Source of the DNA: Reclinomonas americana ATCC 50394
Taxonomy: Eukaryota
Direction: 5' to 3'
DNA: 54,796 nt
NCBI GenBank assembly: GCA_048213135.1
Contig: PS015062.1
Location: forward strand, 203,738-258,533
The notes under the pieces are model-generated. The model saw nothing but the letters and a program-made list of their open reading frames with translations. It was not told the DNA's origin and searched no databases. This document shows, piece after piece, positions 29,274 to 42,930 of this stretch (the stretch's first letter is position 1; every line of letters begins with the position of its first letter). A program made the translations under genes and the position numbers.

Positions 29274-31229
29274 CTACGAGGCCATCATGCCCACTGCCGA
29301 CTTGTACACATCGTAGACGGCTCCGACCACCATCTTGTCGATGCCGTGGCGCGCCACTGGCGGGAAGAAGAACATCTCGCCGAGGAACATGAGCCAGCCG
29401 AGCGTGATGGGCACACGCACCCAGCGCGGAATGCGCTCCCACTCCACCAACTGCTCCAACAAAATCAGAGGTCCGTTCAGCGAGAAGAACAGGAACCATT
29501 CCCAGGTGGGCGGCTGGCGCGATAGCTGCCACAGAATCAGTTCGTGGAGCAGGCCGCTGGCACAGAATGCCGATTGTGTGCCCTGGGGGAGGGAGAGGGA
29601 GGGAAAGTGAGGTACACGCGCGTGTGGGGCAACGGACGGCATTCGACGCAACAATGTACTTGATGAGCGCCGACGGCTCACGACGAGGCGTAGTCTTTTC
29701 GTCACCCGCCGCAGGCTTCACCAGGCACCCGTCCACCCACGGATCATAAAAGAGGCGGCGCAGGGTGTCGCCGGCGACCAGGTTCCAGCGGAATCCCCAA
29801 AATTCGCGGACGGAGGAGGCGAGGTAGGGTTCGCGGAAGTGGGCGCGCTGGGAAGGGGAAAAGGGGAAGGTCAGGGAAGGAGAAGGATGAGTGGCAGAAG
29901 GGCTCAGGAGCGCAGAGACGAGAAGAGGCACAGAAAGGAAGACGCTATAGGGAGAGACGGATGAGGATGAGGATGTAGAACAGTAAGACACAGCCCGCCG
30001 TTAGTTTGCTCCAGGATGTGCAGAAAAGAGAGGAACGGAGGAGGCTGAGTGGTGGCCAGGCTGAAGAACGCAGGTCATGAGGTAGAAGGAGAGAGATGCG
30101 AAAAGAGAGATGAGAAGTGCAGCAGGCCATTCATCGACTGCACGCCGTGCTGGATAGGGAAGGACGGAAGAGAAGTGGCAGCTTGGAGAGAGGAAGAGAC
30201 AGCGATCGAAGACGAAGCATGCCGTCGACTGCATTCAGTGCTGACAAGGCAGTGACTGGAGAGGATCGCAGCTTGTCAAGTGGAGGGAGAGACGGAGAGA
30301 CGGATAGACGGAGGGAAAGAACCGGAAGACGCAGCATGCCATTCGTCAACTGCACGCCATGTAAGACAGAGAACGATAGAAGTAGTTGAGTGCCAGCCCG
30401 ACAGAGGATCGCAGCTTCTCAAGTAGAGGGCGAGAGACGTAGAAGCAGCGATCAAAGAAGAATGCTATTCAGTGCATATAAGCAAGCGAAGAGGAAGATA
30501 AGCGGCAGCCAGGCTGAGGAATAGAGCTGGAGAGAGATGGAGAGACAGACAGACAGAGAGAGAGACATGCAGACAGACTGCCTGATGATTGAGTTACTTC
30601 CCCTCCTTCCCCTCCTTCCCCCCCTTTCCCCCTCCCTCCCCTTCCCCTCCCCCTTTCCCCTTCCCCCTCACACCCACCGTATCAATGCCCACCGCACTCA
30701 ACACCGCCGCCGCCGGTCCATCCAACACCAATCCCAAGAAGAAGTACAAGGCGAAAGCATACCCCAAATGCACCGCCACTGGCGGCAACAACGCCGCCCA
30801 CCTCTCTGACGTCAGCACGCGCAACAACAGCCCGAGAGCCGTTGTCTTGGCCAGCAACACCACCAGCAACGCCCGCATCGAGTTCTTCTCCACATGCGCT
30901 CGCCTCTCGGGCACAATCGGCAACAGCGCACACACCACAAACTGCAGCGCAGAGAGGCGTTCGTCGGCCAGAGAGCCGCGGTTGAAGCACAAGGCGAGGA
31001 TCTTCACGAGTGTGAGCCAGGAGATGGTGAAGGAGGCGAGGGTGCAGGCGACGGGATAGGTGGCGCCATCCAGCGCAAAAGGCGCGCTTAGCAGGAGAGG
31101 GAAGACGGGAAGTGCGGCGAGAAGGCGGGTGAGGCCGGGGGGAGTGGTTGCGCTGTGGCGGAGCACGAGGGCGGCGTAGATGGAGGAGAAGAGGCTGAGG
31201 GAGGCGGCGGTGCCTACCTCGCGCCACAT
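29274..31229 (-). CDS. MBOAT wax-synthase-type O-acyltransferase
   Basis: Exons 31229-30678, 29847-29653 and 29582-29274; motifs ISWLTLVKIL, HFREPYLASSVREFWGFRWN and FCASGLLHELI (catalytic His). Confidence 0.9.
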
Positions 31230-31238
31230 TTGTTCGGA

Positions 31239-31258
31239 TTCAAAAGTTGGCGCGAAAA
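31239..31258 (-). promoter_or_regulatory. E2F/CDE plus CHR-like composite element
   Basis: Minus strand reads TTTTCGCGCC-AACT-TTTGAA, about 10 nt upstream of the MBOAT ATG. Confidence 0.4.
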
Positions 31259-31264
31259 CTGTGA

Positions 31265-32916
31265 ATGACAGAGGGACGACTGTGGCGGATGCACGCGAGG
31301 GGAGTGTGTAGGAAGCTACACTACACACTGTGTGGGTGAGTGCGGTGAGCGATATCCCTTCCTCAACTTGCAAAGCGAACACAATTGCATTCGCCGGTTT
31401 CTCCGACGTTGACGTTTTCTCTCTCAAGCTTGAGAGCTGTGCGCCTCCCACCTGCACGTATGATGAGCAGAAGCTTCATTATGTACATGTGGGTGAGCGT
31501 TGTAGTCATAGCGATCGCAACGTCGACAGTTTCTCCGACGTCGACGTCAATGTTTTCTCCTGTTCTCTCCATCTCTGCCATCCTCCTCCAGTCTGCGCGC
31601 ACTATCAGCACAACAGAATCACCTGCATGCATCCATCCTCTCCTTACACTCAGCAGCTCGCGGACTTGTCCTCTTGCATTGATTCATGGGTGGCTGCGTG
31701 ACTGGGCCCTTTGCTCAGCTCTCCTGCCTGGTGGCAGTCATCCTGCTGCCCATTGCCGGCGCCCTCTCCCTCGCCTCCTTTGTGTACCACGAGTGGAAGA
31801 GGAGAGCGGCATTGGCGCTCGTGCAGTTATACATACGACTCTCCCCCTTGTCTCTCCCTCCCTCTCTATCACACACTCAATGCCTCCTCGCGCAGAACAA
31901 TGGACGGGCGGCTGCCTGGGTCGTTGTGTCGCTTGCCATTGCGGTTTCCATGGCTGCAGCTGCGGCGATTATGAGTGTCATTGCCACAGGTGCGATCCTT
32001 GTTGTTGCTGTAAAAGGACACTGCGCGCTGTGGTGCTTGCTCACTGACCTCTTTCTCATGCAGCTTTCGGTTCGGTTTCGTTGTCTTTGCATGCATGTTT
32101 TTTGTCACTCACGTCTTTTTTGGTGTCACGGCCAAAGGGTGTCTTGAGTTGTTTGTGGTGCGCCTGTTTGCTGGCCTCACCCTGGTCTCTCATCGCTTCT
32201 CACCGTGTTGTTGTTGACAGACAGAGCCGCCGGAACCGTGCTTCAAGATGCTGGTCATGTACTTGCTCACGCTCGCCCTCCTCACCTTGTCGCTGGCGGT
32301 TCCCATTGGTGTGTTTGTGCGGTTTCTGGGAGCACTGGACTGGCAGCGCTCACTTGCGTCGCAGTGCTGACCATGGTGACGCTGTTCACCCGCAACACGC
32401 AAGTGTATGCTCGACATTCCAAGGGCATTCGGCAGGGCTTGCGGAGAGCGCTGCTCAAGACCGCCGTCATGGCCGTCGCGTTTACCGTCACCAATGGTCT
32501 GCAGAGAGATGTGCGTTTGCGTCTCTGCCCGTGGCACCCCACTCATTGACCCGAACCGCAGTGCTCATCGTCCTCAACGTGGCCGGCACGCTGACGGCGC
32601 AACCGTGGACCTACGAAAACCCCATGGTTCACAATCGTCGTACCCTCTCGTTCCCCGTTTTCTCTCACGCTTGACCTTCCGCCACATACAGGGCCTGCTC
32701 ATGGTCTCCTCGCAATTCGTCTCCATGCTCCTCGTGGTGTTCTTTTTCCACAACAGCGGCATTCCGCGACCGTACAAGCGCATCAAGTCGCCAATAATGC
32801 CGACTACAGTCAGCAGCAACAGCCTCGCCACCATGTCACACGAGTCGCACATGGCTGCCGGTTCGCTGCCGTCCATCTCAATAGCGTCGTCGCCAGGCTC
32901 CGAGGGAACCACATAA
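31265..32916 (+). CDS. Multi-pass membrane protein, unassigned (possibly GPCR-like)
   Basis: At least 5 hydrophobic segments across short GT-AG exons, including an 11-nt micro-exon at 32064-32074, and a Ser-rich tail. 5' exons unresolved. Confidence 0.55.
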
Positions 32917-33381
32917 TTAAATCGCCAACAGGCATGTAGAAATGAAAGGAAAACACCTAAACGAAGGTAGTCTTGGTACATACCACTGATTACGAGGCGG
33001 GGGAGACAGAGAAATGATACGACACACACGCGTTCGCGATGAGTGCGGAGAACAGGGAGCGAGAGAGGAACGGGCGACACAAAATCGGAAGACAGTGGAG
33101 CGCAATAAACTGGGCGCACCACGCAGCACACAAAAATCGCCTCCTCTCCACATTCCACACACAGCTCCGCAAGACCGCGTGAAGCCAGGTGGAATAAGGA
33201 AAGAAGAAAACTAGGGAGAGACGAGAGAGAATCAGAGCACGGTGGCGTGGAGGGAAAAGAGCATGAGAAAAACGGGACAAATTAAAGAACGAGAGCCACC
33301 AGCTGTGCTCCGCATGTGCAGAGTGGAGTGAGAGAAAGAGAGTGAAAACAGACGAGGGGGAGCGCTGACAAAGAAGAATGC

Positions 33382-35577
33382 TCATCGCGAGTTCATGTAC
33401 TCTGACACGGCATGCATGCCATACACCAAGGCTGCTTGCTTCCGCGCCTCGGCCGCCAGCAGCACAATGTGGAACTTCTCGTCCGCGCGCAACGCGTAGC
33501 CAATGTCGGAGAAGTCCAGGAAATTAATGGTCTCGGGGGTGCACGAGACCTTCTTCGCAAACGATTTGCAGTTGCGGTTGATGAGTTCGTTGACCTGCGA
33601 AGAAGGGGAAGGGNNNNNNNNNNNNNNNNNNNNNNNNNNNNNNNNNNNNNNNNNNNNNNNNNNNNNNNNNNNNNNNNNNNNNNNNNNNNNNNNNNNNNNN
33701 NNNNNNNNNNNNNNNNNNNNNNNNNNNNNNNNNNNNNNNNNNNNNNNNNNNNNNNNNNNNNNNNNNNNNNNNNNNNNNNNNNNNNNNNNNNNNNNNNNNN
33801 NNNNNNNNNNNNNNNNNNNNNNNNNNNNNNNNNNNNNNNNNNNNNNNNNNNNNNNNNNNNNNNNNNNNNNNNNNNNNNNNNNNNNNNNNNNNNNNNNNNN
33901 NNNNNNNNNNNNNNNNNNNNNNNNNNNNNNNNNNNNNNNNNNNNNNNNNNNNNNNNNNNNNNNNNNNNNNNNNNNNNNNNNNNNNNNNNNNNNNNNNNNN
34001 NNNNNNNNNNNNNNNNNNNNNNNNNNNNNNNNNNNNNNNNNNNNNNNNNNNNNNNNNNNNNNNNNNNNNNNNNNNNNNNNNNNNNNNNNNNNNNNNNNNN
34101 NNNNNNNNNNNNNNNNNNNAGGGGAAGAGAGGGGAAGAGGGGAAGAGAGGGGAAGACGATGAGGAAGAGGAAAGAGGGAAAGAGAAGGGAGACGGAGAAA
34201 AGGGAGGGGAAAGGAAAAGGGGGAAGGAAAAGGGGAAAGGAAAAGGGGGAAGTAAAAAGGGAAGTACAAGGGGAGAGGAGGGGAAGAGGGGAAGAGGAGA
34301 AGAGGGGAAAAGGGAAGGAGGGAGGAATGAGAAAGGAGGGGGAAGAGAGGACACAGAGAGGGAAACGTGTACGAGGAAGAGAAGGGCAACGAGGAGAAAC
34401 AAGAGGAGAGCACCAAAAAAAGGTGGAAACAAGAAGGGGAGAAAAAGGAGATAGAGAAGAGGTGAAGAAAACAGGAGGGAAGAGGAAACAGGAAAAGAGA
34501 GAGCAAAACGGTGGGCAGCGATGAGCGACAGAAAGAGGACAGGGATAATATCGACACTGCCGAAATTGCCGTCCTGGCGACAGACCAGACAACCAAAGAG
34601 ACTCCCTCCACAACCCTTCTCCTTCTGCACCACTCTTCTCCTCTTCCACCCTTTCCCTTCCCCCAANNNNNNNNNNNNNNNNNNNNNNNNNNNNNNNNNN
34701 NNNNNNNNNNNNNNNNNNNNNNNNNNNNNNNNNNNNNNNNNNNNNNNNNNNNNNNNNNNNNNNNNNNNNNNNNNCATCCCACTCACCCTCTTGTAATTGA
34801 AGTCATCGTGCTCCATGCCGTATAATCTCTGCACGTAGTACCAGATGCTGCGTCGGAACAGATCCGTGTTGATGTTGCCACGGGCGTTGAACTGGTGGTA
34901 CGTCAGCTGCTGGATGAGGCTGAACTGATCGTCCAGCTGCTCAGCCACCTCCGGCACGTAGCGCAAGAGGAACGAGTAGGCGTGATCGGACCAGTTGTAG
35001 TCGACGACGCGGAAGATGCCGTTGTGGCGCACATTGAAATCCATGTGGCCAGTCACCGCCGAGTCGGAGCGCTCCAGTGTGTCGCGGTACTTGTCGAGGG
35101 GGTTGGAGACTAGTGAGCCGCCACCGTCGTCGCCGCTTTCGGAGCCTGTGTCTTGCGAGTCTTCGTCGCCTGAAAGGGGGGGNNNNNNNNNNNNNNNNNN
35201 NNNNNNNNNNNNNNNNNNNNNNNNNNNNNNNNNNNNNNNNNNNNNNNNNNNNNNNNNNNNNNNNNNNNAAGGGGGAAGGCGGGAAGGGGGGAAGGGGGAA
35301 GGGGGGAATGGGAGTGAGACGATGGATTGGTCGCACATTAAGCGTGGGAGAAAGCACACTCGCGCGCTTGGTGCGTGTGTGTATGAGGTTCGTGAGAGAG
35401 AATGCCGGTGGAAAGAGTGTTTCTGGATCCGATTGTTCATCGGTGATGATAAGAAGAGAGAGAGAGAGGAGTGAATAGGGTGAGACGTCTCTCGTCTTGT
35501 ACAAACTATCTCACTTACAATCGCACACTACTCACGCTTTCTCACACCCACGGTTACACTCTAAGTCGCATTTATTT

Positions 35578-35608
<31 letters not shown>

Positions 35609-38600
35609 TACCGCACATATACACACACACCCTCACACAAATACGCACACGCACTCTCTCACACATACAATCACAAGAACGCTTGGCTCTCTGAATGAGT
35701 AGGCACGTGAACGCAAAAGTACGAAAGAGTGGGCGAAGCAAAGTGAGTTGTTGGAATCAACTGTGAAAATGCAAGCATGCACACACGCAACAACTCGACG
35801 ACACGCGCAATTAAAGAGGGGCGGAAGATACAGGCGACGACACCGTCGAGCGCGGCAAGGAGGGGAGATGTGATAGAATGTGCACAATCGCTCTCTCTTT
35901 CTCACACACACAGTCAAATATCTCTCTCACACACCCACGCACAGAATCACGCTCTCCCATCTCTCTCTTGCTTCCTTACACTCACAACTACAGTTGCTTT
36001 CTCCCTCCCTCCCCTCCTTCTCCTCCCCGCCTTCCCCAATCTCCCTTTCCCCCTCCATCCACTCACCAGACGACTCCTCCAGCAACCCAGCAATCTCAAA
36101 CGCGGCATGCCGGTGCTCCTCATCCTCCGTCAGCTCATCATCCTCCTCCAGCGGCATAATATTTAGCTTTTGCAGCAGGTCTTCTGTACCGTCGCGCAAA
36201 TCTGCTCCCACGCATCGACGCGTGAGACACAAAAGCAAGTTGTCACTCTTCTCCCTCGAAAATACGCACCACCAGAGGCCGCCAGCGCCGCCGCACTGCT
36301 CTCATCCGCCTCCGATCCCAGATAGAGGAGCGACGCTTCCACCGCATCCAAGTCGGCCTCGTCACGCGACAGCGACGACGATGACATGGAGTTCGGCAGC
36401 GATGACGTGTAGCAGCGGCGCAGCTTTTGGTGCAAGCGCGGGATAAACAAATCCTGCGCAACGACACAAGACATTAGCCATCTTTCACATCTCCGCCAGC
36501 CCCCTCTCCTCTTCGCATACGCACCGCCTCTTGTGAAACACCGNNNNNNNNNNNNNNNNNNNNNNNNNNNNNNNNNNNNNNNNNNNNNNNNNNNNNNNNN
36601 NNNNNNNNNNNNNNNNNNNNNNNNNNNNNNNNNNNNNNNNNNNNNNNNNNNNNNNNNNNNNNNNNNNNNNNNNNNNNNNNNNNNNNNNNNNNNNNNNNNN
36701 NNNNNNNNNNNNNNNNNNNNNNNNNNNNNNNNNNNNNNNNNNNNNNNNNNNNNNNNNNNNNNNNNNNNNNNNNNNNNNNNNNNNNNNNNNNNNNNNNNNN
36801 NNNNNNNNNNNNNNNNNNNNNNNNNNNNNNNNNNNNNNNNNNNNNNNNNNNNNNNNNNNNNNNNNNNNNNNNNNNNNNNNNNNNNNNNNNNNNNNNNNNN
36901 NNNNNNNNNNNNNNNNNNNNNNNNNNNNNNNNNNNNNNNNNNNNNNNNNNNNNNNNNNNNNNNNNNNNNNNNNNNNNNNNNNNNNNNNNNNNNNNNNNNN
37001 NNNNNNNNNNNNNNNNNNNNNNNNNNNNNNNNNNNNNNNNNNNNNNNNNNNNNNNNNNNNNNNNNNNNNNNNNNNNNNNNNNNNNNNNNNNNNNNNNNNN
37101 NNNNNNNNNNNNNNNNNNNNNNNNNNNNNNNNNNNNNNNNNNNNNNNNNNNNNNNNNNNNNNNNNNNNNNNNNNNNNNNNNNNNNNNNNNNNNNNNNNNN
37201 NNNNNNNNNNNNNNNNNNNNNNNNNNNNNNNNNNNNNNNNNNNNNNNNNNCAGCCGAGTGCCAGTGAGCACATGCAGTGAGTGTGGCAGAGCACACAAAT
37301 GGCCAGCACCAGCTCGGCCACCGACCAGCTCTCCGAGTGCCCGGCACCCGGCGGGTTCACCAGCCTCTCAATGTGCTCCTTGGTCAACTTCCACGGCTGG
37401 TGCGCCAGCATGGCGTTCAGCGGCAGAATCGCGGCCAGCTTGGGCGGCAGTGAGCGCACGCCAAAGTTGACCCACGAATCCTCGCCGTCGTGATAAAAGT
37501 ACTCCTGCTCCTGGTACCGCACAATGTAGTCACAGTAGTGGCGGCTGCCGGCCACAATGGCCAGGTAGTTGCGCCACTTGAGCGGCAGCGGTGCCAGCTC
37601 GTCCTTCATCAACGCATTGTCCAGTTCCATAAACTTTTCAAAGTAGGCCGGGTGGTACAGCAGCACTTGCGCCAAGTTGGGAACGCGGCTGCCTTCCAAG
37701 AAGAGTTCGCAGGCCTGCTGTTGGGCCCAGGCGTGGCGGCGGGCGGCTTCCTCGGGGTCTTCGCCGGGGGGAGGGGTGTCCACTGCGATNNNNNNNNNNN
37801 NNNNNNNNNNNNNNNNNNNNNNNNNNNNNNNNNNNNNNNNNNNNNNNNNNNNNNNNNNNNNNNNNNNNNNNNNNNNNNNNNNNNNNNNNNNNNNNNNNNN
37901 NNNNNNNNNNNNNNNNNNNNNNNNNNNNNNNNNNNNNNNNNNNNNNNNNNNNNNNNNNNNNNNNNNNNNNNNNNNNNNNNNNNNNNNNNNNNNNNNNNNN
38001 NNNNNNNNNNNNNNNNNNNNNNNNNNNNNNNNNNNNNNNNNNNNNNNNNNNNNNNNNNNNNNNNNNNNNNNNNNNNNNNNNNNNNNNNNNNNNNNNNNNN
38101 NNNNNNNNNNNNNNNNNNNNNNNNNNNNNNNNNNNNNNNNNNNNNNNNNNNNNNNNNNNNNNNNNNNNNNNNNNNNNNNNNNNNNNNNNNNNNNNNNNNN
38201 NNNNNNNNNNNNNNNNNNNNNNNNNNNNNNNNNNNNNNNNNNNNNNNNNNNNNNNNNNNNNNNNNNNNNNNNNNNNNNNNNNNNNNNNNNNNNNNNNNNN
38301 NNNNNNNNNNNNNNNNNNNNNNNNNNNNNNNNNNNNNNNNNNNNNNNNNNGGAAGGGAAAGGCATTTGAGGGGAAGGGAGAGAAGGGGAAGGGATAAAAG
38401 GGGAAGGGAGAGAAGGGGAAGGGATAGGAGGGGAGGGATAGGAGGGGAAGGGAAGAAGAAGGGAGGAGGGGAAGTGAGAGGGGGAGAGCAGGATGGGATG
38501 GGGACAAAGAGACAGAATGAGAAATGGACGAACACACAGAAAGCAGGGGCAGAAAGAATGACAGTAAGGCAGACTGAGTCACGAGTAGACAGACAGAGAA

Positions 38601-38894
38601 AGTTAGTCAGCGAGAAAGAAAGCGAAAATGGAGAGACACGCTAAGACGCAGAGAGAATCACGAGACAAAAGAAAGCAAGGACAGAAGAGGAGACAACGAG
38701 ACAGTGTGTGCGCGTATAGAGAAGACAGAAAGTTAGAAACGAAGACCGAAAGTAAGTCAGGGAGACGCTCACTAACACACAGGTAGAGCATCAACGAGGG
38801 AAGAACGACAGTGTGCGTGCGTGTGCAAGAGAGACAGGAAAAACGACATGCAGAATGAATTTGAGTCACGCGCATCCGTTGGTCGGCAAGAAGA

Positions 38895-38937
<43 letters not shown>

Positions 38938-40313
38938 CATTCAGACAGACAACAAAAGGAGACAGTGAGAGAAATGCACACAAACAACCAATGCAAGAGT
39001 GAGTGACAGCCAGGATAGAACACACCGAGAGAGAAAGAACGCAGAAAGAAAACCAGCCAATTGGTAGGCAGCCAAAGAAGCACATGCACATCATGTACAG
39101 TTGAGCAGACAGACAAACAGGTGCACGATCCGCGAAACACCCCCTTGCCCTTTGAACCCCACTCACCAGGATACACATCGTCAACCACCACTGCGCGATC
39201 GGAGGCCCTCATGAACCGCGAGGGAATCACCGACGTGCGTGGAATAGGGATTTTGAGATCCTGCATCGCACTACAATCAATCCACCGCCACCTGCTTCCT
39301 CGAATTCACCGATGATAAAACCCACCTTTTCCATTTGCTCCAACACACACATCATCCTCGATCGAACGTCGCCAAAGGGACAACATGAGGCGAATCGATG
39401 CACCGTCGCCACATACGAGTACAACAGCGGTTGGCCGTGGTTCCCCCTGACATTCAACAGATCGTGCACCACTGCACAAAGCACAGAGGAGTCAACCGCA
39501 TGTTTCTCGAAGACCACAGGGGTGTTCCACTTCCGCGCAACGCTTATCAGTGGCCGCCTCTCGCGCCGCCTGATCCGTCACCAACAGACTGCGAAAGAGC
39601 TCCTCGGGCAACAACAGACTCGTCGACGCACTGCAGCACATCGCCAACTCAATCAGTCTGAATACCACCAATTGCCTTCTACACAACAACAACGCAACAG
39701 CACAAATCGCGCTGCGTCAGAGTCATCATGGCCCCCACTGCCCGACCCAATGCGCCCTGTGCCTCCTATTCTGTTGCTGTTGTCGCCGGCCGAGGCCGGC
39801 GACGCATCAGGCGCCAATGCTCGCAACAATCGCTCCTCGGCCGACGATCCAGCAGCTGATGCAGCAGCCGCACCGCCGGATGCTGACGATGCAGCTGATG
39901 CAGCAGCTGATGCACCACTGCTGGCCTTGGCGCTGCGATGGGCCTCCATCAGGGCGGCGCCTGCGAGAGAGGGAAGCGCAAAGATGAGCATGGCGCGAAA
40001 CCACTTTGGCCGTGCACTTTTGTGCGTTGCAATCGCTCAATGCATGCACAGACACACGAGACAGATGCATAGACAGACAGTGAGTGGTAAAGGCCACGTG
40101 CAAATTGCGCGCGTGTGCGTGAGACACGTGCAGATGTCGACGATGTCCATGCGCGACGAGACACACACACACGCACTCTCATTCCGTCGTTCTCCACGTA
40201 CCTTCATCGTCTGAGGGCGGTGTGTTGGCTAGTGTGGGAATGACCACTGCAGCCGTGGAGGAAGCGCTCACAGTCAGAGGGAGAGATGGCCCAGACGGAC
40301 GCTGTGCCGCCAT
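33382..40313 (-). CDS. SESN: Sestrin
   Basis: CPFGDVR...IPSRF N-terminal block; PLPLKWRNYLAIVAGSRHYCDY, LPPKL...NAMLAHQPWKLTKEHI, WSVAELVLAICVLCHTH, DYNWSDHAYS, FRRSIWYYVQRLYGMEHDDFNY, EKFHIVLLAAEARKQAALVY. Confidence 0.93.
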
Positions 40314-41115
40314 TTCTTTGTGCCAGATGCGAACGCGTTGACCAGCCACAGAGACACAGACAAGAGAGCGCACAAGCAAGCGGGGTGGCGAGTGTGTGCG
40401 CGCACGTGTGACGAGTGGTGAGTGACAATTGCGCGCAGGACGGGGGGACGCATTGGACGTTCGTGTTTCTNNNNNNNNNNNNNNNNNNNNNNNNNNNNNN
40501 NNNNNNNNNNNNNNNNNNNNNNNNNNNNNNNNNNNNNNNNNNNNNNNNNNNNNNNNNNNNNNNNNNNNNNNNNNNNNNNNNNNNNNNNNNNNNNNNNNNN
40601 NNNNNNNNNNNNNNNNNNNNNNNNNNNNNNNNNNNNNNNNNNNNNNNNNNNNNNNNNNNNNNNNNNNNNNNNNNNNNNNNNNNNNNNNNNNNNNNNNNNN
40701 NNNNNNNNNNNNNNNNNNNNNNNNNNNNNNNNNNNNNNNNNNNNNNNNNNNNNNNNNNNNNNNNNNNNNNNNNNNNNNNNNNNNNNNNNNNNNNNNNNNN
40801 NNNNNNNNNNNNNNNNNNNNNNNNNNNNNNNNNNNNNNNNNNNNNNNNNNNNNNNNNNNNNNNNNNNNNNNNNNNNNNNNNNNNNNNNNNNNNNNNNNNN
40901 NNNNNNNNNNNNNNNNNNNNNNNNNNNNNNNNNNNNNNNNNNNNNNNNNNNNNNNNNNNNNNNNNNNNNNNNNNNNNNNNNNNNNNNNNNNNNNNNNNNN
41001 NNNNTGGGTGTTGTTATATCCCTAGTCCTCTCTCCTTTCTTTCTCTGCATTCCTCTCTCTCAGTCCCCTTCCATCTTTGTCTCTCCTTCTTTCTCTCTTT
41101 CTCTGCATTCCTCTC

Positions 41116-41154
<39 letters not shown>

Positions 41155-41185
41155 ATTTTCTTATTATTTACTTGTTTTTTATTAG

Positions 41186-42455
41186 CCTTGGCCCAAGGTG
41201 AAGAGCTTTTTGAGCTCGTTGGATGAATCGACGGTGTTGGTGGCGGATGTGGGTGAGTGGTGGGGTACATACAGGCAGTGATATTTGAAAAGAGGGGAAA
41301 GAAAGAAAGGGAGAGAGAGAGAGAGAGGAAGGAGAAGGCTCACTTGGAGCAGCAGGTGAAACGAAGGTAGGGAAGAAGGCGATGAAGCAGGCAGGCAAGC
41401 AGATCGTCGTGGCCACAGCATTTGAAGCAGAAAGGAGTTCAGAAGGAGAGAGAGAAGCAATAGAAGGCTCACTGACTTGGAGCAAAGGACGGGGTTCAGA
41501 AAGAGAGAGGTGATCTGAATGCTTTCTCCCTTCGCTGTATTCACGACTCTCCTCTGTGCGTGCTGCTCTCCGTCCTTCCGTGTCTCGCTGCTTGTCTGCC
41601 TATCTCCAAGTCCCTTTCCCACTTTTCGTTCCACCTTTCCCTCACAACCTCCACTCACTTCTCCCTCCCTCCCGCTTCCCAGGCACCGGCAACGGCAAGT
41701 ACTTGAACGTGAACGACCAGGTGGCCATGTTTGCCTCGGATCGGTGCATTCCCTTCTCCTGCTCCCATTGTCTCTCTCTCACCCTGCCGACCCATTGCCT
41801 CCCCTCGCAGCTCGTTTCAGCTCGCCCGAATCTGTGTCGACAAGGGTCACGACTGCGTGCAGGCCGACAATATGGCGCTACCGTACCGCTCCGCGTGCTT
41901 TGTTGCGTCTCCAATCGCCTCCCCTGTGCGCCTCGCAGTCGACGCTCACGTGGCGCACGCAGGACGCGGTGATCTCGGTGGCCGTCATTCATCACCTGTC
42001 GAGTGCGCGTCGTCGCCTGCAGGCGTTGCGAGTTCGTGCTCTCCTCTTCGTTGAACAATCGTCCCCGTCAGTCCCCCCCACACTCACACGTTTCGCAGGA
42101 ACTGGTGAGAATACTCAGGCCCGGCGGCTCCCTTCTCGTGCAGGTGTGGGCGTTTGAGCAGGCCAAGAAGCGCTACGAGGAGCAAGACGTGCTGGTGCCG
42201 TGGCACCTCCGCCACCAGTTCGCTGCGCCATCGGCAGCACCAGCACCAGCGGTGGCGGCCGCCGCAGCTGCAGCGCCTCTTCCGCCTGCCAATCCCGATG
42301 TGGCGGTGGTGTACACGCGTTTCTATCACCTGTTCAAGGACGGCGAGCTGGAGCAGTTGTGTCACAGTGTGGGCGAGCTGGAGATTGTGGAGAGAGGGTG
42401 GGAGGCCGACAACTGGTTTGTCGTGGCGAGGAAGAGAATACAGGGCGAGGAGTGA
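41186..42455 (+). CDS. TRM9: tRNA wobble-uridine methyltransferase, TRM9/ALKBH8-MT-like (5' end lies in the gap)
   Basis: PWPKVKSFL...VADVGTGNGKYL, LPYRSACFDAVISVAVIHHL, ELVRILRPGG...VWAFEQ, QDVLVPW, RFYHLFKDGEL, DNWFVV. Confidence 0.9.
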
Positions 42456-42930
42456 GGGAAGGGAGGAGGGGAAGGGGGAAGGAAAAGGGAAAAGTGGAAG
42501 GGAAGGAAAAGAGAGGAGGGAGAGGGGGAAGGGACATGAATTGTGAGGCGGCAGGGGAGAAGGGAGTTATTTCATGCTGCATGCCGTCAAATCATTGGTA
42601 GGCGGCTGGTAGAGATGGACGAGAGAGAAAATAGTGAGAGAGACAGAGTGAGAGAGAGAGAGACAGACAGAGCGTGGCGAGGAAGAGAATACATGGCGAG
42701 GAGTGAGGGAAGGGAGAAGGGGAAGGGGGAAGAAAAGGAGAAGGGAGGGAGAGTAAGAGGGAGGAGGAGGAGGAGAGGGGAAAGGGACATGATTGTGAGG
42801 CGGCAGGGGAGAAGGGAGGGCGAGAAGGGAGTTAATTCATGCTCCATGCCGTCAAAGCATCGGTAGGCGGCTGGTCGAGAGAGGAAGAGAGAGAAACAGA
42901 GAGAAGGAGAGAGACTGAGAGGAGGAGAAT
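42422..42930. repeat. About 250-bp tandem duplication starting in the last codons of TRM9
   Basis: CGTGGCGAGGAAGAGAATACA(G/T)GGCGAGGAGTGAGGGAAGGGA at 42422 and 42673, with matching downstream sequence. Confidence 0.85.
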
